In this document: positions 8,555 through 17,350 of the stretch, piece by piece | Layout of the letters: every line of letters begins with the position of its first letter | How positions within the stretch are numbered: the first letter of the stretch is position 1 | From: Campylobacterota bacterium | GTDB lineage: Bacteria > Campylobacterota > Campylobacteria > Campylobacterales > Sulfurimonadaceae | Length of the DNA stretch: 17,549 nucleotides | NCBI GenBank assembly: GCA_034717975.1 | Contig: JAYEMF010000044.1 | Location: 1 to 17,549, forward strand | Direction of reading: 5' to 3' | Translations under genes and position numbers: made by a program | Notes under the pieces: generated by a model | The model's database searches: none | Told to the model about the DNA's origin: nothing | What the model saw: the letters and a program-made list of their open reading frames with translations, nothing else

Positions 8555-9633
8555 AGACGTTAGAAGAGTGCCGAGAAACGATTGATTTTATTGATGATGA
8601 GGTGTTAAGACTGCTTAACAGGCGTATGCAGGTTGTTACCCGTGTGGGTGAGATCAAGCATGAAAGTGGTGGAGCGATTTACCGTCCGGAGCGTGAAAAA
8701 GCGATTATTGAGCGACTGATTGCATTGAGCAGAGATGAAAACGGTCTGCTCAATCAAGCCGCTATTGAAGCGATTTTTCTGGAAGTTTTCGCGACGGCAC
8801 GCAATATTGAACTTCCCGAGCGTGTAGCCTACCTTGGACCGGAAGGTACCTTTACGCATCAAGCTGCGGAGAGCCGTTTTGGTGCCATGAGCGAATATTT
8901 GGCAATGGGCTCGATCAATGCTGTGTTTCAGACCCTGGAATCTGGCAGAGCCAAATTTGGAGTTGTACCGATCGAGAGCCGGCGTGATGGTGTTGTGGGT
9001 GAGACACTGGACCTTTTGGCAAAAAGCAGTATCAGGATCGTTGCTGAACTCTATATGCCGATCCATATGGCCTTTGTAACAAAAGCCAACCATCTTAAAG
9101 AGCTGAAACGGATCTACTCCAAAGACAAAGGTTTCGGGCAGTGCCGTGAGTTTTTGCAGGAGCATGGTCTCGATACGATTGATCTTATCCCTGTCGAGTC
9201 GACAGCCAAAGCTGCTATCCTGGCTGCGGATGATCCCGAATCAGCGGCCATCTGTTCACACATTGCCGCCAAACTCTATGGTGTGCCGACCATGTTTGAA
9301 AATATCGAAGATGTTCATGACAATGCGACACGATTTTTTATCTTGAGTGATTTTAAAAACGGTATCAGCGGGGAGGATAAAACATCCATCCTGGTACGTC
9401 TGAAAGATGCTAAAGAGCCGGGTGCACTGGTTCACTTTCTACAGGATTTTGATGAAGAGAAGATCAACCTGAGCAAGATAGAGAGCCGTCCGTCGGGAGA
9501 GAACGATGGATTCAGTTACTGGTTCTTTATCGACTTTTTTGGGCATATCGATGATGCCAATGTTCAAAAAGTCCTGGCAAAACACACCGATGAGATGACA
9601 TGGCTTGGGAGCTACGTAAAGGGAGAACAATGA
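8551..9633 (+). CDS. pheA: Bifunctional chorismate mutase / prephenate dehydratase (P-protein)
   Basis: AroQ-type CM N-terminus ([14 protein letters not shown]), PDT domain [10 protein letters not shown] and NATRF, ACT domain PGAL...[13 protein letters not shown] overlap with the upstream gene. Confidence 0.96.
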   Translation: MKTLEECRETIDFIDDEVLRLLNRRMQVVTRVGEIKHESGGAIYRPEREKAIIERLIALSRDENGLLNQAAIEAIFLEVFATARNIELPERVAYLGPEGTFTHQAAESRFGAMSEYLAMGSINAVFQTLESGRAKFGVVPIESRRDGVVGETLDLLAKSSIRIVAELYMPIHMAFVTKANHLKELKRIYSKDKGFGQCREFLQEHGLDTIDLIPVESTAKAAILAADDPESAAICSHIAAKLYGVPTMFENIEDVHDNATRFFILSDFKNGISGEDKTSILVRLKDAKEPGALVHFLQDFDEEKINLSKIESRPSGENDGFSYWFFIDFFGHIDDANVQKVLAKHTDEMTWLGSYVKGEQ

Positions 9634-10724
9634 AATTCAATCCGGAACTGGATGCGATTAAAACCTATGAAGCGGGCAAGCCGATAGAGCTGGTCGTCCG
9701 TGAGTTTGGTATAAAGCCAGATGAGATCGTCAAACTGGCAAGCAATGAGAATCCGTATGGATGTTCGCCGAAGGTCAAAGAAGCGGTCGGCAATATTGTT
9801 GCTAATATGGCCCTCTATCCGGATGATTCGATGCACAAGCTTAAAGAGGGGCTTTCCAAGCGTTTTGATGTGCATGAAGATGAAGTGATTATCGGTGCGG
9901 GCAGCGATCAGGTGATTGAGTTCGCCATGCATGCCAAGGCAAACAGCCAAAGTAAAATACTGATCAACAGCATTACTTTTGCAATGTATGAGATCTATGC
10001 ACGACATGTCGGTGCGGAAGTGATCCGTACCGCCTCGCGTACGCATGACCTTGATGAATTTTATGCCCTCTATCTGGAACATAAGCCTTCCATTATCTTT
10101 TTATGCACACCGAACAATCCGACCGGCGAGTCGGTTGATGCGGAGGCAGTGAAGGCCTTTATTGAAAAGATCGACAGCGAAACACTGGTCATTGTTGACG
10201 GTGCCTATATGGAATATACGCACTTTAAAGATCCAAGTAAAGCCGTAATGCCCCATGAACTGATAGAGCAGTTTGACAACGTGCTTTACCTGGGTACTTT
10301 TTCCAAAGCCTATGGACTGGGCGGTATGCGCATAGGTTACGGGATAGCTTCACGCGAGATCATCACAGCGCTCTATAAGCTTCGACCGCCGTTCAATATT
10401 ACGACACTTTCTCTTGAAGCGGCTTGCGTTGCACTGGAAGATGAAAGCTTTGTTCAAAGCTGTATTGCCAAAAATTTTGAAGAGATGGAACGCTATGAAC
10501 ATTTTGCCGCTGAGAACGGCATACGAATAATTGAAAGCTATACGAATTTCGTTACAATGTGTCTGAATAAAGGGCAAAACTCATCACTCTTAGCTGACGC
10601 ACTGTTAAAAAAAGGTATGATAATACGAGATTTAAAGGGCTATGGATTGAATGCGATTCGTGTGACAGTAGGGACGCCTGCACAGAATGATCGCTTCTTT
10701 GAACTGACTAAGCATTTATTATAA
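9630..10724 (+). CDS. hisC: Histidinol-phosphate aminotransferase
   Basis: [23 protein letters not shown] and [15 protein letters not shown] motifs. Start placed at ATG 9630 (SD GGAG 9622-9625, ATGA overlap with the pheA stop) rather than 9600. Confidence 0.96.
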   Translation: MKFNPELDAIKTYEAGKPIELVVREFGIKPDEIVKLASNENPYGCSPKVKEAVGNIVANMALYPDDSMHKLKEGLSKRFDVHEDEVIIGAGSDQVIEFAMHAKANSQSKILINSITFAMYEIYARHVGAEVIRTASRTHDLDEFYALYLEHKPSIIFLCTPNNPTGESVDAEAVKAFIEKIDSETLVIVDGAYMEYTHFKDPSKAVMPHELIEQFDNVLYLGTFSKAYGLGGMRIGYGIASREIITALYKLRPPFNITTLSLEAACVALEDESFVQSCIAKNFEEMERYEHFAAENGIRIIESYTNFVTMCLNKGQNSSLLADALLKKGMIIRDLKGYGLNAIRVTVGTPAQNDRFFELTKHLL

Positions 10725-10728
10725 ACAC

Positions 10729-10753
10729 GCTACTTGAACTAAGTCCAAGTAGC
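10729..10753. other. Hairpin immediately after the hisC stop
   Basis: Perfect 8-bp stem GCTACTTG(10729-10736)/CAAGTAGC(10746-10753). No U-tract follows, so it is not a classic terminator. Confidence 0.55.
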
Positions 10754-10831
10754 TACGCTATCCAGCGCTAACCAAGGGCACTGAACACACGTAGCCGCTG
10801 TGGCACCAAAGCTAGCCTCTAACGAGGCAGA
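10752..10831 (+). repeat. Structured intergenic element, copy A (upstream of fliF)
   Basis: 10794-10831 is 32/38 identical to 17313-17350. It contains TACGCT-atcc-AGCG and the hairpin GCCTC-TAAC-GAGGC (10815-10828). Confidence 0.75.
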
Positions 10832-10866
10832 AGACTTTTTTCAATGAAAAGAGTTTTGATTTTTTT
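10831..10866 (+). terminator. Weak intrinsic-terminator-like hairpin plus T-tract ahead of fliF
   Basis: 12-bp AU-rich stem 10831-10842/10846-10857 (2 G-U pairs) followed by T7 at 10860-10866. Confidence 0.35.
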
Positions 10867-10879
10867 ATAACGGGACAGA

Positions 10880-12604
10880 ATGGATTTTAAGGCACTTATT
10901 TCGCAGCTTGTCGTGCTTTACAGCAATTTAAGCAAAAATCAAAAGATCATCATCGGTGCTGCGATCGGTGGGATTGTCGCTTTTTTGGTTTTTCTTGTCC
11001 TGTATACCTCAAAAGCAAGCAGCAAAGACGGTTACCGTGTCCTGTTTGAATCCCTCTCCCCTTCTGATGCCGCTTTGGTCATCGAGCAACTAGAGAAAGA
11101 TAACATCACCTATCGTATTCCACGTGATAACGTCATTGAAGTTCCCAAAGATGTCGTTTATAAAGAGCGTATCGCTATGGCGTCACTGGGAATTCCAAAA
11201 GCCAAAGGTGCCGGATTTGAACTCTTTGACAAGCAGGAGTTCGGAGCGACACAGTTCGATCAAAATGTAAAATTTCTTCGTGCGCTTGAAGGGGAACTGG
11301 TGCATTCGATCGATGCACTTGCTCCGGTAGAGCGCTCAACGGTTAACCTCGCCATGCCGAAAGAGACGCTTTTTGTCTCTAAGGAAGTTGCTCCTACGGC
11401 TGCTGTTATGGTTAAACTGGTTCCCGGACGCGTGCTCACCAACCGTCAGATTCGGGGAATTAAAAATCTTGTAGCTTCGGCTGTTACAAAATTGACACCT
11501 GAAAATGTCGCACTGGTGAATGATGAGGGTGAGACCCTTGGCGGTGATGATGAATTTGCACAGATGGGTGAACTTTCCGTCATACAACAGAAGTTCAAAA
11601 CCCGTGAAGAGAGCAAACTCGAAAAGAAGATTGTCAATGTCCTTGCTCCCTTTATTGGCGGTAACGAGCGTGTTGTTGCCAAGGTGACCATTGATTACGA
11701 TTTCTCGCAGCGCAGTTCGACATCGGAGAAGTTTGATCCGGAAAATGTGGTCCGCAGTGAACAGTCACTCGAAGAGAAGCGTGAGGGGAGTAAGCCCAAA
11801 GAGGTAGGCGGTGTTCCTGGGACGGTGAGCAATATCGGTCCGGTAGAGGGGCTCGAATCCCAGCAGAGCAGCGAAACGTACAGCAAAAATACGGCAACAA
11901 CCAACTACGAAGTCTCCAAGACGGTCTCAACTACCAAGGGTGAGTTTGCAACTATCAAGCGTATGACAGCTGCTGTTGTTGTCGATGGCAAATACAAGAC
12001 GAAACTTGATGAAGATGGTAGTCCGACAGATGAGATGGAGTATGTAGCACTTGATGAGACACAGATGCAGGCCATTACTGCTCTGGTCCAGCAGAGTATT
12101 GGGATAGATGACGGGCGGGGTGATCTGGTCTCCGTTCGCAATTTTCAGTTTGATGTCTCCAGCAGTGCCATGGCACCGAGAGATTCGATCTCCAAAATCA
12201 CACAGATCAGTGAACGCTATCTGGCACCGTTTGCACCGGTGTTAAAATATCTGATGGTTGCGTTGATCCTTTTTATCGCATACAAAAAAGTGATCGCTCC
12301 GTTTGGCGAGCGTATGCTTGAGTTCAGCAAAGAAGAGGATGAGTCAAAACGGCCTCAACTTGAGATTGAGGATGATGAAGAGGAAGATCTTGTCGAGAAG
12401 GTTCAGCAGATGCGTAAAAAAGTGGAAGGTCAGCTCGGTATGGATGGCACCCTCAATGAGGATGAACTCAAGTATGATGTCCTGATCGAAAAAGTAAGAC
12501 ATGAAGTCGAAGAGCGTCCGGAAGAGATCGCAAGACTCTTTGAAGCACTTATACTTGAAGAGTCTGAAGGAAGTGAATCTGCAGCAGGCGGAGATCGATC
12601 ATGA
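10880..12604 (+). CDS. fliF: Flagellar MS-ring protein FliF
   Basis: 574 aa, two TM segments, GFELFDKQEFGATQFDQ, RALEGEL, VRSEQ, GGVPGTVSN and NYEVSKT motifs. Confidence 0.98.
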   Translation: MDFKALISQLVVLYSNLSKNQKIIIGAAIGGIVAFLVFLVLYTSKASSKDGYRVLFESLSPSDAALVIEQLEKDNITYRIPRDNVIEVPKDVVYKERIAMASLGIPKAKGAGFELFDKQEFGATQFDQNVKFLRALEGELVHSIDALAPVERSTVNLAMPKETLFVSKEVAPTAAVMVKLVPGRVLTNRQIRGIKNLVASAVTKLTPENVALVNDEGETLGGDDEFAQMGELSVIQQKFKTREESKLEKKIVNVLAPFIGGNERVVAKVTIDYDFSQRSSTSEKFDPENVVRSEQSLEEKREGSKPKEVGGVPGTVSNIGPVEGLESQQSSETYSKNTATTNYEVSKTVSTTKGEFATIKRMTAAVVVDGKYKTKLDEDGSPTDEMEYVALDETQMQAITALVQQSIGIDDGRGDLVSVRNFQFDVSSSAMAPRDSISKITQISERYLAPFAPVLKYLMVALILFIAYKKVIAPFGERMLEFSKEEDESKRPQLEIEDDEEEDLVEKVQQMRKKVEGQLGMDGTLNEDELKYDVLIEKVRHEVEERPEEIARLFEALILEESEGSESAAGGDRS

Positions 12605-13629
12605 ACAAGTTATCAGCAGCACAAGTACAGATCATTGAAGGTATGAGCATGGCGGAGAAGATCGCTATCTTACTGCTTCAACTGGGAGAAGAGGTTACTG
12701 CCCATGTCTTTGCCAACATGAATGTTGAATCGATTACGGAAGTATCGAAGTTTATTGCAGACAACAGATCGGTTGACAAGGTTGTCGCAACGGCTGTCCT
12801 GGAAGAGTTCTATGCGATCATCCAATCCAATCAGTACATCAACAGCGGCGGTATGGACTACGCCAAAGAGATTCTTTATAAAGCACTTGGTCAGGATGAG
12901 GCAAAGAAAGTGCTAGACCGTCTGGCCAAAACAATGACAACGTCACAAAATTTTGCCTATCTCTCGAAGATCAAACCACAGCAGCTGGGCGACTTTATTA
13001 TTAATGAACACCCGCAGACCGTTGCCCTGATTCTGGCACATATGGAGGCGACTGCAGCGGCAGAGACATTGAGCTTCTTCTCGGATGACCTGCGTGCCGA
13101 GGTCGCAATGCGTATGGCCAAACTTGGTGACATCTCGCCTTCGATCATCAAGCGGGTCAGTGCGGTGCTTGAGTCTAAACTCGAATCGCTTGCGACCTAC
13201 AAAGTCGAAGTGGGTGGACCGCGCGCGGTGGCGGATGTCTTTAACCGTTTGGGTGCCAAGGCATCCAAATCGACACTCTCGCATATTGAACAGATCGACG
13301 AACAGCTGGCATCGTCGATCAAAGAGATGATGTTTACCTTTGAAGATATTACTGCACTTGACAATAACGGTGTCAGAGAGATCCTTAAAACGGTAGATAA
13401 AAAAGATCTTATGCTGGCACTTAAAAGTGCAGCTGAAGAACTTAAAGAGAAATTCTTTGCCAATATGTCCCAGCGTGCCAAGGATGCCTTTATTGAAGAG
13501 ATGCAGTTTCTTGGGGCTGTCAAGGTCAAGGATGTCGAAGGTGCTCAGCGTCGTATCGTTGAAGTAGTCCAGCAGCTGGCTGAACAGGGTGTCTTACAGG
13601 TTGGTGAGACCGATGAGATGATTGAGTAA
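12601..13629 (+). CDS. fliG: Flagellar motor switch protein FliG
   Basis: EKIAILL, GGMDYAKEIL, EHPQTVALIL, MFTFEDI and NMSQRA motifs. ATGA overlap with fliF. Confidence 0.98.
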   Translation: MNKLSAAQVQIIEGMSMAEKIAILLLQLGEEVTAHVFANMNVESITEVSKFIADNRSVDKVVATAVLEEFYAIIQSNQYINSGGMDYAKEILYKALGQDEAKKVLDRLAKTMTTSQNFAYLSKIKPQQLGDFIINEHPQTVALILAHMEATAAAETLSFFSDDLRAEVAMRMAKLGDISPSIIKRVSAVLESKLESLATYKVEVGGPRAVADVFNRLGAKASKSTLSHIEQIDEQLASSIKEMMFTFEDITALDNNGVREILKTVDKKDLMLALKSAAEELKEKFFANMSQRAKDAFIEEMQFLGAVKVKDVEGAQRRIVEVVQQLAEQGVLQVGETDEMIE

Positions 13630-13634
13630 CTGTT

Positions 13635-14426
13635 ATGAAAATCGTCATTAATGAAACGAAAGCCGGGCAACACAGCATCGATAAGTACAAATTCAAAGTT
13701 TTTTCGATGGGTGCAGAGAGTGTGAGCGATCATACGGTGAGTCTGGCTGAACAACAGCTCGAAGAGCCCAGTGTTGCCGAGTTGGCAGAAGATGTGCCGG
13801 GTGCAGTGCACAAACGCAATTCGGCACATGATGAGATGGTGGAGTCTTTGCTGAAAAAGACAGATGATGTCACTTCCAATTTTATCAAGATGCAGATGAA
13901 GCTTGAAGCGATGGAAGAGTCGCATAAAACGCTATTGGAAGAGGCGAAAAAAGAGGCATACAATGAGGGTGTCACGGCTGGCCGGAGTGCATTGGAGAGT
14001 GAACTTTCCCAGGCTAAAGAGGAGGGTATTTCTCAATTTTCAGAGTCTGTCAAGACATTGGAAATCAGTGCGCAAACCTTTGAACGTTCGTTGGGTGGCA
14101 TTCAAGAAGAGCTGATCCATGCAGCTATTGATATTGCCAAAGAGGTGATTGCTGTCGATGTTTCTGAACAAGGTTCGGAGATAGCCAAAAAACTCTCGAG
14201 CAGTCTGATCGAAGAGCTTCAGAGTGCTTCAAAGGTCACTTTGAAAGTCAATCCTGCCGACCATGGAGCGATATCTGAACATGTCGGTACTCTTGAGCAT
14301 ATTGATGTCATCTCCGACAGTGCGATCAGTCGTGGCGGAGTTGTGGCTATCAGTGATGCCGGCAATATCGACTCTGAGATTATGAAGCGGTTTGAACGTG
14401 TCAAACGTGCGGCCTTGTCTGACTGA
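13635..14426 (+). CDS. fliH: Flagellar assembly protein FliH
   Basis: AYNEGVTAG (AxxxGxxxG), LKVNPAD and AISRGGVVAISDAGNID motifs; follows fliG. Confidence 0.94.
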   Translation: MKIVINETKAGQHSIDKYKFKVFSMGAESVSDHTVSLAEQQLEEPSVAELAEDVPGAVHKRNSAHDEMVESLLKKTDDVTSNFIKMQMKLEAMEESHKTLLEEAKKEAYNEGVTAGRSALESELSQAKEEGISQFSESVKTLEISAQTFERSLGGIQEELIHAAIDIAKEVIAVDVSEQGSEIAKKLSSSLIEELQSASKVTLKVNPADHGAISEHVGTLEHIDVISDSAISRGGVVAISDAGNIDSEIMKRFERVKRAALSD

Positions 14427-14431
14427 ATAAA

Positions 14432-14595
14432 GGGCACCTCTAAATTAGCATATGCTTAAGTGCGGCTTTGCAGCACGTGAGCTCTCTGCTGAAGATGTAT
14501 GTTCTGTGCCGTTTTATAGCATAGAATAGAACAGAGTGTTAGCGTAGTCAAAGGGGCATTGCTCCTTTGGCGTTAAAAGGGCAGATATGCCTATA
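14432..14595 (+). repeat. Hairpin-rich intergenic element between fliH and dxs (TIR-like left end plus divergent copy C of the structured motif)
   Basis: Starts with GGGCACCTCTAAA (reverse complement of 110-122). Contains the palindrome AGCATATGCT (14447-14456) and stems 14502-14509/14519-14526, 14547-14557/14561-14571 and GGGCA-GATA-TGCCT (14579-14592). Confidence 0.5.
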
Positions 14596-14621
14596 AACAA
14601 TAGTTAGGAATTATTACGTAT

Positions 14622-16442
14622 ATGGATATTTCATCATACTCTACTGAACAGTTGGAGACGTTATGCGGAGAGATCCGTGAACGTATTCTTGAAGTGGTCA
14701 GTACAAACGGAGGGCACTTAAGCTCGACACTCGGTGCAACAGAGCTTATTGTTGCCATGCATAAAGTGTTTAATCCGAAGCGAGACCCTTTTATCTTTGA
14801 TGTTTCGCATCAGGCTTATGCCCACAAATTGCTGACGGATCGCTGGGATACTTTTGCCAGTTTGCGTCAATTTGACGGGCTTTGCGGCTACACAAAACCA
14901 AGTGAATCGGATGCGGACTATTTCGTCGCAGGTCACAGCTCCACATCGATTTCTCTGGGTGTCGGTGCAGCCAAAGCGATTGCGCTTAAAGGGGAGCAGG
15001 AGAGTCGTATCCCTGTTGCCATGATCGGTGACGGCTCGATCAGTGCGGGTATGGCGTATGAAGCGATGAATGAGCTGGGTGATCGTAAATATCCGATGGT
15101 CATCATCCTCAATGACAATGAGATGAGCATCGCCAAGCCTATCGGTGCGATCAGCCGGATGCTCAGTTCTGCGATGGCAAGCCCATTCTATCAGAAATTC
15201 AAAAAGAGGACAGAATCATTTGTCGATAATTTTGGTGAAGGTGCGCACTATCTTGCCAAACGCTTTGAAGAGTCTTTCAAACTGATCACTCCGGGGATCA
15301 TGTTTGAAGAGATGGGGATCGAATACATAGGACCGGTTGACGGGCATGACCTGACAAGTCTGATTGAGACCTTTGAGATGGCCAGGCAGATGGGGAAACC
15401 GGTGATCATTCATGCCCAGACCATCAAAGGAAAAGGGTATAAAGTAGCTGAAGGGCAGCATGAACACTGGCATGGTGTCGGACCGTTTGATCGTGAAAGT
15501 GGAAGTACCAATAAGAAAAGCAGTGCGAAAAGTGCCACGCAGATATATGCCGATGCACTCTTGCACCTGGCCAACCATGACGAAAAAATAGTCGGTGCAA
15601 CAGCGGCTATGCCTAGTGGTACCGGACTCTCGAAACTGATGGATACTTATCCCGATCGTTTTTGGGACGTGGCGATCGCCGAGCAGCATGCAGTCACGTC
15701 GATGGCGGCGCTGGCTAAAGAGGGCTTCAAGCCGTTCGTTACAATTTACTCGACCTTTTTGCAGCGCGGTTATGATCAGATAATCCACGATACCTGTCTG
15801 ATGGATCTTCCTGTCGTCTTCGCCATGGACCGTGCCGGTATTGTGGGTGAAGATGGCGAAACGCATCAGGGAGTTTTCGACATCAGCTTTTTGCGAGCTA
15901 TTCCGAACATGACACTTTTTGCTCCGCGTGATGAGAAGTCAATGCATCAGGCAATCGGTTTTGCGGCTGAGTATCAGCATCCGTGTGCGGTACGTTATCC
16001 AAGAGGCAGCTTTACTGAGACAGAGCTGCCGGAGTCACAGCCTTTTGAGCTGGCCAAGTCACAGCTGCTTGTCTCAAATCCTGGTCAGATCCTCTTTATA
16101 GGTTATGGTAACGGTGTCGGACGGGCTGCCCAGACGATGGCCTTGATGGACCAGAAAGTCTCTCTGCTTGATCTGCGCTTTGTCAAACCGCTTGATAGTG
16201 ATATGCTGCGCCAGATGGCCGGGCAGCACTCTAAATGGTTTGTCTTCAGTGACAGTGCCAAGATGGGCGGGGTCGGAAGTGCCATTCTTGAGTTTCTTGC
16301 TGAAGAGGGCATTCGGGGGATTGATGTTGTCTCGTTTGAGTATGAAGATGAATTTATCACGCATGGCAACACTGCTGCGGTTGAAGCGTCACTCGGCTTA
16401 CTCCCTGAACAGTTGGCTCAGCGGGTTAACGCTTTAACATAA
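14622..16442 (+). CDS. dxs: 1-deoxy-D-xylulose-5-phosphate synthase
   Basis: GGHLSSTLG, DVSHQAYAHK, GHSSTSIS, TPP motif GDGS...LNDNEMSI, IAEQHA, YSTFLQR and DRAGIVGEDGETHQG motifs. Confidence 0.98.
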   Translation: MDISSYSTEQLETLCGEIRERILEVVSTNGGHLSSTLGATELIVAMHKVFNPKRDPFIFDVSHQAYAHKLLTDRWDTFASLRQFDGLCGYTKPSESDADYFVAGHSSTSISLGVGAAKAIALKGEQESRIPVAMIGDGSISAGMAYEAMNELGDRKYPMVIILNDNEMSIAKPIGAISRMLSSAMASPFYQKFKKRTESFVDNFGEGAHYLAKRFEESFKLITPGIMFEEMGIEYIGPVDGHDLTSLIETFEMARQMGKPVIIHAQTIKGKGYKVAEGQHEHWHGVGPFDRESGSTNKKSSAKSATQIYADALLHLANHDEKIVGATAAMPSGTGLSKLMDTYPDRFWDVAIAEQHAVTSMAALAKEGFKPFVTIYSTFLQRGYDQIIHDTCLMDLPVVFAMDRAGIVGEDGETHQGVFDISFLRAIPNMTLFAPRDEKSMHQAIGFAAEYQHPCAVRYPRGSFTETELPESQPFELAKSQLLVSNPGQILFIGYGNGVGRAAQTMALMDQKVSLLDLRFVKPLDSDMLRQMAGQHSKWFVFSDSAKMGGVGSAILEFLAEEGIRGIDVVSFEYEDEFITHGNTAAVEASLGLLPEQLAQRVNALT

Positions 16443-17184
16443 TAAGACCGGCCATACGTCCGGTTATCCCTCTGTCCGCCCGGTAAGAGAAAAAATGTGC
16501 ATGTTCACAGGCACTGCAGCGATCGATATCTTCTATATTTTCATTCCGTACTCCCGCTTGAACCAGTTGCTTATGTAAAATGGCTTTTACAGCTAAAAAA
16601 TATTTCTCCTCTCTCTTTTGCAGGGCATAATCCAGTTTTACTCTTTTGGCTTCTTCATAAATAGACTTATTCACTTCATAACAAGATTGACAGATCGATG
16701 CTCCCAATACGGCAATGATGTCAGCCGGATTACTTTGAAAACTATCATGCATAGCTGTAACCGTTTTGGAGAGGATATTTTTAAAGGCACCGGCGCGTCC
16801 GGCGTGAACGGCAGCGATCACCTGCTGTTTAGGGTCATAGAGTAAGATGGGGGTACAGTCTGCGACCATGACCATTAGCGGCAGCTCTGGCGTGTTGGTT
16901 ACGAGCGCATCGCACTCGGGCGGTGAAGTAAAATCAAAGGTATCATCGACAATCATGACATGGTCAGAGTGAATCTGACGCATATGGATCAGCCTATTGA
17001 GATCATAATCAAGATCAGCTGCAAGATGTTGATGATTTATCAGCACATCTTTCTCATCATCCCCGACATGAAAAGCGATGTTGTTGCTGTTATAGGGCGT
17101 TTGACTCTGACCGCCATGTCGTGTAGAGAAGGTGTGTAGAATCTGTGGGAACTGACCCAGTAAATGGCTGTTTAGATGATGCAT
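16426..17184 (-). CDS. pgeF: Peptidoglycan editing factor PgeF / YfiH-family purine nucleoside phosphorylase
   Basis: 252 aa with FSTRHGG, QIHSD, DALVT, VADCTPILL, AVHAGRAG, CQSCYEV and FFSYR motifs. Its 3' end overlaps dxs by 17 nt. Confidence 0.93.
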   Translation of the reverse strand: MHHLNSHLLGQFPQILHTFSTRHGGQSQTPYNSNNIAFHVGDDEKDVLINHQHLAADLDYDLNRLIHMRQIHSDHVMIVDDTFDFTSPPECDALVTNTPELPLMVMVADCTPILLYDPKQQVIAAVHAGRAGAFKNILSKTVTAMHDSFQSNPADIIAVLGASICQSCYEVNKSIYEEAKRVKLDYALQKREEKYFLAVKAILHKQLVQAGVRNENIEDIDRCSACEHAHFFSYRADRGITGRMAGLIMLKR

Positions 17185-17193
17185 AATAGAGCA

Positions 17194-17201
17194 ATTATAG
17201 C
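17194..17201 (-). promoter_or_regulatory. Putative -10 box (gcTATAAT) for pgeF
   Basis: The minus strand reads gcTATAATtgctctattATG. Confidence 0.5.
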
Positions 17202-17207
17202 GATTTT

Positions 17208-17215
17208 GTTAAAAT
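17208..17215 (+). promoter_or_regulatory. Putative -10 box (gtTAAAAT) for ovoA, back-to-back with the pgeF promoter
   Basis: Fits gnTAnaAT and would give an ovoA leader of about 175 nt that contains repeat copy B. Confidence 0.4.
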
Positions 17216-17254
17216 GGCTTATTATGTGACACGCAAAATGAGCAACACCACATT

Positions 17255-17350
17255 TACGCTTTAGCGTCGGTGGTATCGAAATTTAGTTTCAGAAGCCCAT
17301 TTTACTGCGCTTGCCGCTATGCCACTAAAGCTAGCCCCTGACGGGGCAGA
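17255..17350 (+). repeat. Structured intergenic element, copy B (upstream of ovoA)
   Basis: 17313-17350 is 32/38 identical to 10794-10831. It contains TACGCT-tt-AGCG and the hairpin GCCCC-TGAC-GGGGC (17334-17347), and is followed by a perfect 18-bp AT palindrome at 17356-17373. Confidence 0.75.

Noticed and set aside
9600..9629. Longer hisC start given by the ORF track
   Set aside because: It lies within pheA. ATG 9630 has an SD and a coupled ATGA overlap.
10801..10816. Sigma54-like TGGCAC...GC upstream of fliF
   Set aside because: Spacing is GG-N11-GC rather than the required N10, there is no TTGC, and the homologous copy B reads TGCCAC.
110..14444. A 14-kb composite transposon bounded by the two 13-nt repeats
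   Set aside because: The ends face outward, the enclosed genes are syntenic housekeeping genes, and there is no transposase.
14489..14535. Hammerhead-like CTGAAGA followed by a stem (also CTGATGA at 92-98)
   Set aside because: No correctly placed GAAA or stem III/UH site; GAAC follows the stem.
14547..14595. Pistol-ribozyme-like stem followed by CGTTAAA
   Set aside because: The 3-nt loop cannot form the pseudoknot, and the downstream core elements are not evident.
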